Positions 62,050 to 64,000 of a stretch of 64,000 nt of DNA are shown here, in pieces (within the stretch, counting starts at the first letter, position 1; every line of letters begins with the position of its first letter). Source of the stretch: Octopus bimaculoides (Eukaryota); NCBI RefSeq assembly GCF_001194135.2, contig NC_068981.1:134459182-134523181 (forward strand), given 5' to 3'. The notes beneath the pieces were generated by a model. The model did not search any database. It worked only from the letters and a program-made list of their open reading frames with translations, and was not told the origin of the DNA. The position numbers were made by a program, and so were the translations under genes.

Positions 62050-62268
62050 ATATACTTTTCTACTCTAGGCACAAGGCCCAAAATTTTTTGGGAAAAGCCA
62101 GTTGATTAGATCGATCTCAGTATGCAACTGGTACTTAATTTATCGACCTCGAAAGAATGAAAGGTAAAGTCAACCACAGCGGAATTTGAACTCAGAATGT
62201 AAAGACAGACGAAATACCACTAAGCATTTCGTCCGGTGTGCTAACGTTTCTGCCAACTTGCCGCCTTA
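62050..62268 (-). mobile_element. SINE family B
   Basis: ggaatttgaactcagaatg...ttctgccaacttgccgcctt. Confidence 0.85.
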
Positions 62269-62310
62269 GTCTAATGATGCCAGTTTAGAGGAGAGAACAT
62301 TACGACCCAG

Positions 62311-62672
62311 TAAAGGGTAAGAGTAAAGACCCCCTTTTGTCATGAATGGCCATGGGGTTGCACCTAGAAAGTTCCCCTCCAAGGCACAAGTCTGGGTAAG
62401 GTTGGTTATGGAAGACTGGGTGTCACCCATGCATACCAATCACCCCTCTCCATGCCACTGATGTTGTCCAAGGGAAAGGCAATGACCGATACAGCTTGGC
62501 ACATCACAACTCATTTCTACAAATGAGTGAACTAGAACAATGTGAAATAAAGTGTGTTGCTCAAGAACACAGCTCAGTTCAGGAATCAAACTCATTACCA
62601 CCTGATTGTAAGCCCAACACTCTAATCATTGAGCCATGTGCCTTCACCTAACTACTGAGCCATACACCTTCA
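62311..62672 (-). mobile_element. SINE family C with a short duplicated head end
   Basis: matches 46790-47121; tgagccat...ccttca occurs twice at 62628-62672. Confidence 0.8.
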
Positions 62673-62869
62673 TGCGTAGCTCAACAACCCAGTACCACAT
62701 GGAAAAATGTTGGTATAAATTAAATCCAACTCAGTGTTTGCAAAGAGTTGCAGATGTAGAATCCCAGGCAGATTGGCTATGAATCAAAACTACTAGAATA
62801 GTTAGAAACAGGAGCAATGACCTAAAGACTCAATTGCTCTGTCGACAAATTATAGACATGTTTGGTACT

Positions 62870-63154
62870 ATCTTTTATCTTTTATTGTTTCAATAGTTGG
62901 ACTGTGGCCAAGCTGCTACACCACCTTGAAGGATTTGGGTTAAATAAATCGACCACTGTACTTCTGTTCTATTGTTGCCGTTTTTTGTTTGCTTGCTAAG
63001 TCTGGTACTTATTCTGTTAGTTTTGTTTGCTGAACCACTAAGTTATAGGGACATAAAGCAACACCAGTAGTCTAGCAGTGTGGAAGTGAGTGGAGTGACA
63101 GACACAATGACACACATGTGTGTATGACATATATATATATTGATATATATATAT

Positions 63155-63229
<75 letters not shown>

Positions 63230-63460
63230 NNNNNNNNNNNNNNNNNNNNNNNNNNNNNNNNNNNNNNNNNNNNNNNNNNNNNNNNNNNNNNNNNNNNNNN
63301 NNNNNNNNNNNNNNNNNNNNNNNNNNNNNNNNNNNNNNNNNNNNNNNNNNNNNNNNNNNNNNNNNNNNNNNNNNNNNNNNNNNNNNNNNNNNNNNNNNNN
63401 NNNNNNNNNNNNNNNNNNNNNNNNNNNNNNNNNNNNNNNNNNNNNNNNNNNNNNNNNNNN

Positions 63461-63502
<42 letters not shown>

Positions 63503-63662
63503 GATGTGTGTGTGTGCTTCCATCTACTAATTTCACGCACAAGGCATTGGTTGACCTGGAGCCAAAGTGGAAGACACTTACTCAAAGTGCCATACAATGG
63601 GACTAAACCTGAAATCATGTAGTTTCAAAGCAAGCTTTTTAACCACACAGTCATGCCTACAT
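62870..63662 (-). mobile_element. SINE A1 whose internal (TA)n spans the large gap
   Basis: tail and body 62870-63110; head 63500-63662 (aaccacacagtcatgcc). Confidence 0.6.
63230..63460. other. 231-N assembly gap flanked by (TA)n
   Basis: direct inspection. Confidence 0.99.
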
Positions 63663-63930
63663 CTGTGTTAATGTAATTAGCACAAGAGGTGAATTTAGTG
63701 AAAGAAAAACAGTAATGAGAAAAATTTAGTAATGTGTTATAGTTGCTAACAACAAAATTTTTCTGTGCCCTTACAAGACAGTAACTAAATGAGGCTTATG
63801 TAAAAAGTATCACCTTATATGACTGTAAACCGTGATCTTGGATGACCTACAGTAGCTGGAGAGCTGTGCATTATGGCTGCACGTATCTATCTAATCTATC
63901 TGTAATATACATACTTGCATAGATACATGC

Positions 63931-63933
<3 letters not shown>

Positions 63934-64000
<67 letters not shown>
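63934..64000. repeat. (GT)n microsatellite
   Basis: direct inspection. Confidence 0.95.

Overview
AT-rich, microsatellite-dense animal genomic DNA, most consistent with an octopus (coleoid cephalopod) assembly; this is inferred from the SINE families, (TA)n/(CA)n/(ATT)n/(CAT)n density and 10-N gap style. No host protein-coding gene could be identified with confidence. The window is dominated by transposable elements: about 40 tRNA-derived SINEs in three head families; a 2.6-kb 5'-truncated RTE-clade LINE with RT and an embedded PHD-like finger (57672-60273, minus) plus many short copies of its (TGA)n tail; three R4/Dong-like restriction-like-endonuclease LINE fragments in (TAA)n tracts; a Ty3/Gypsy element with one LTR, gag, protease and integrase but no RT/RNase H; a CpG-rich 1079-bp solo LTR with a 4-bp TSD; a decayed Penelope element; a CR1-like 3' end; an internally deleted RTE-BovB-like element; and hAT-, piggyBac- and Tc1/mariner-type MITEs and foldback elements. 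Low-confidence candidate exons occur on both strands: a possible non-coding plus-strand chain, and a phase-compatible minus-strand chain with two premature stops. All coordinates and alignments were read by eye; ends of degraded repeats are approximate.
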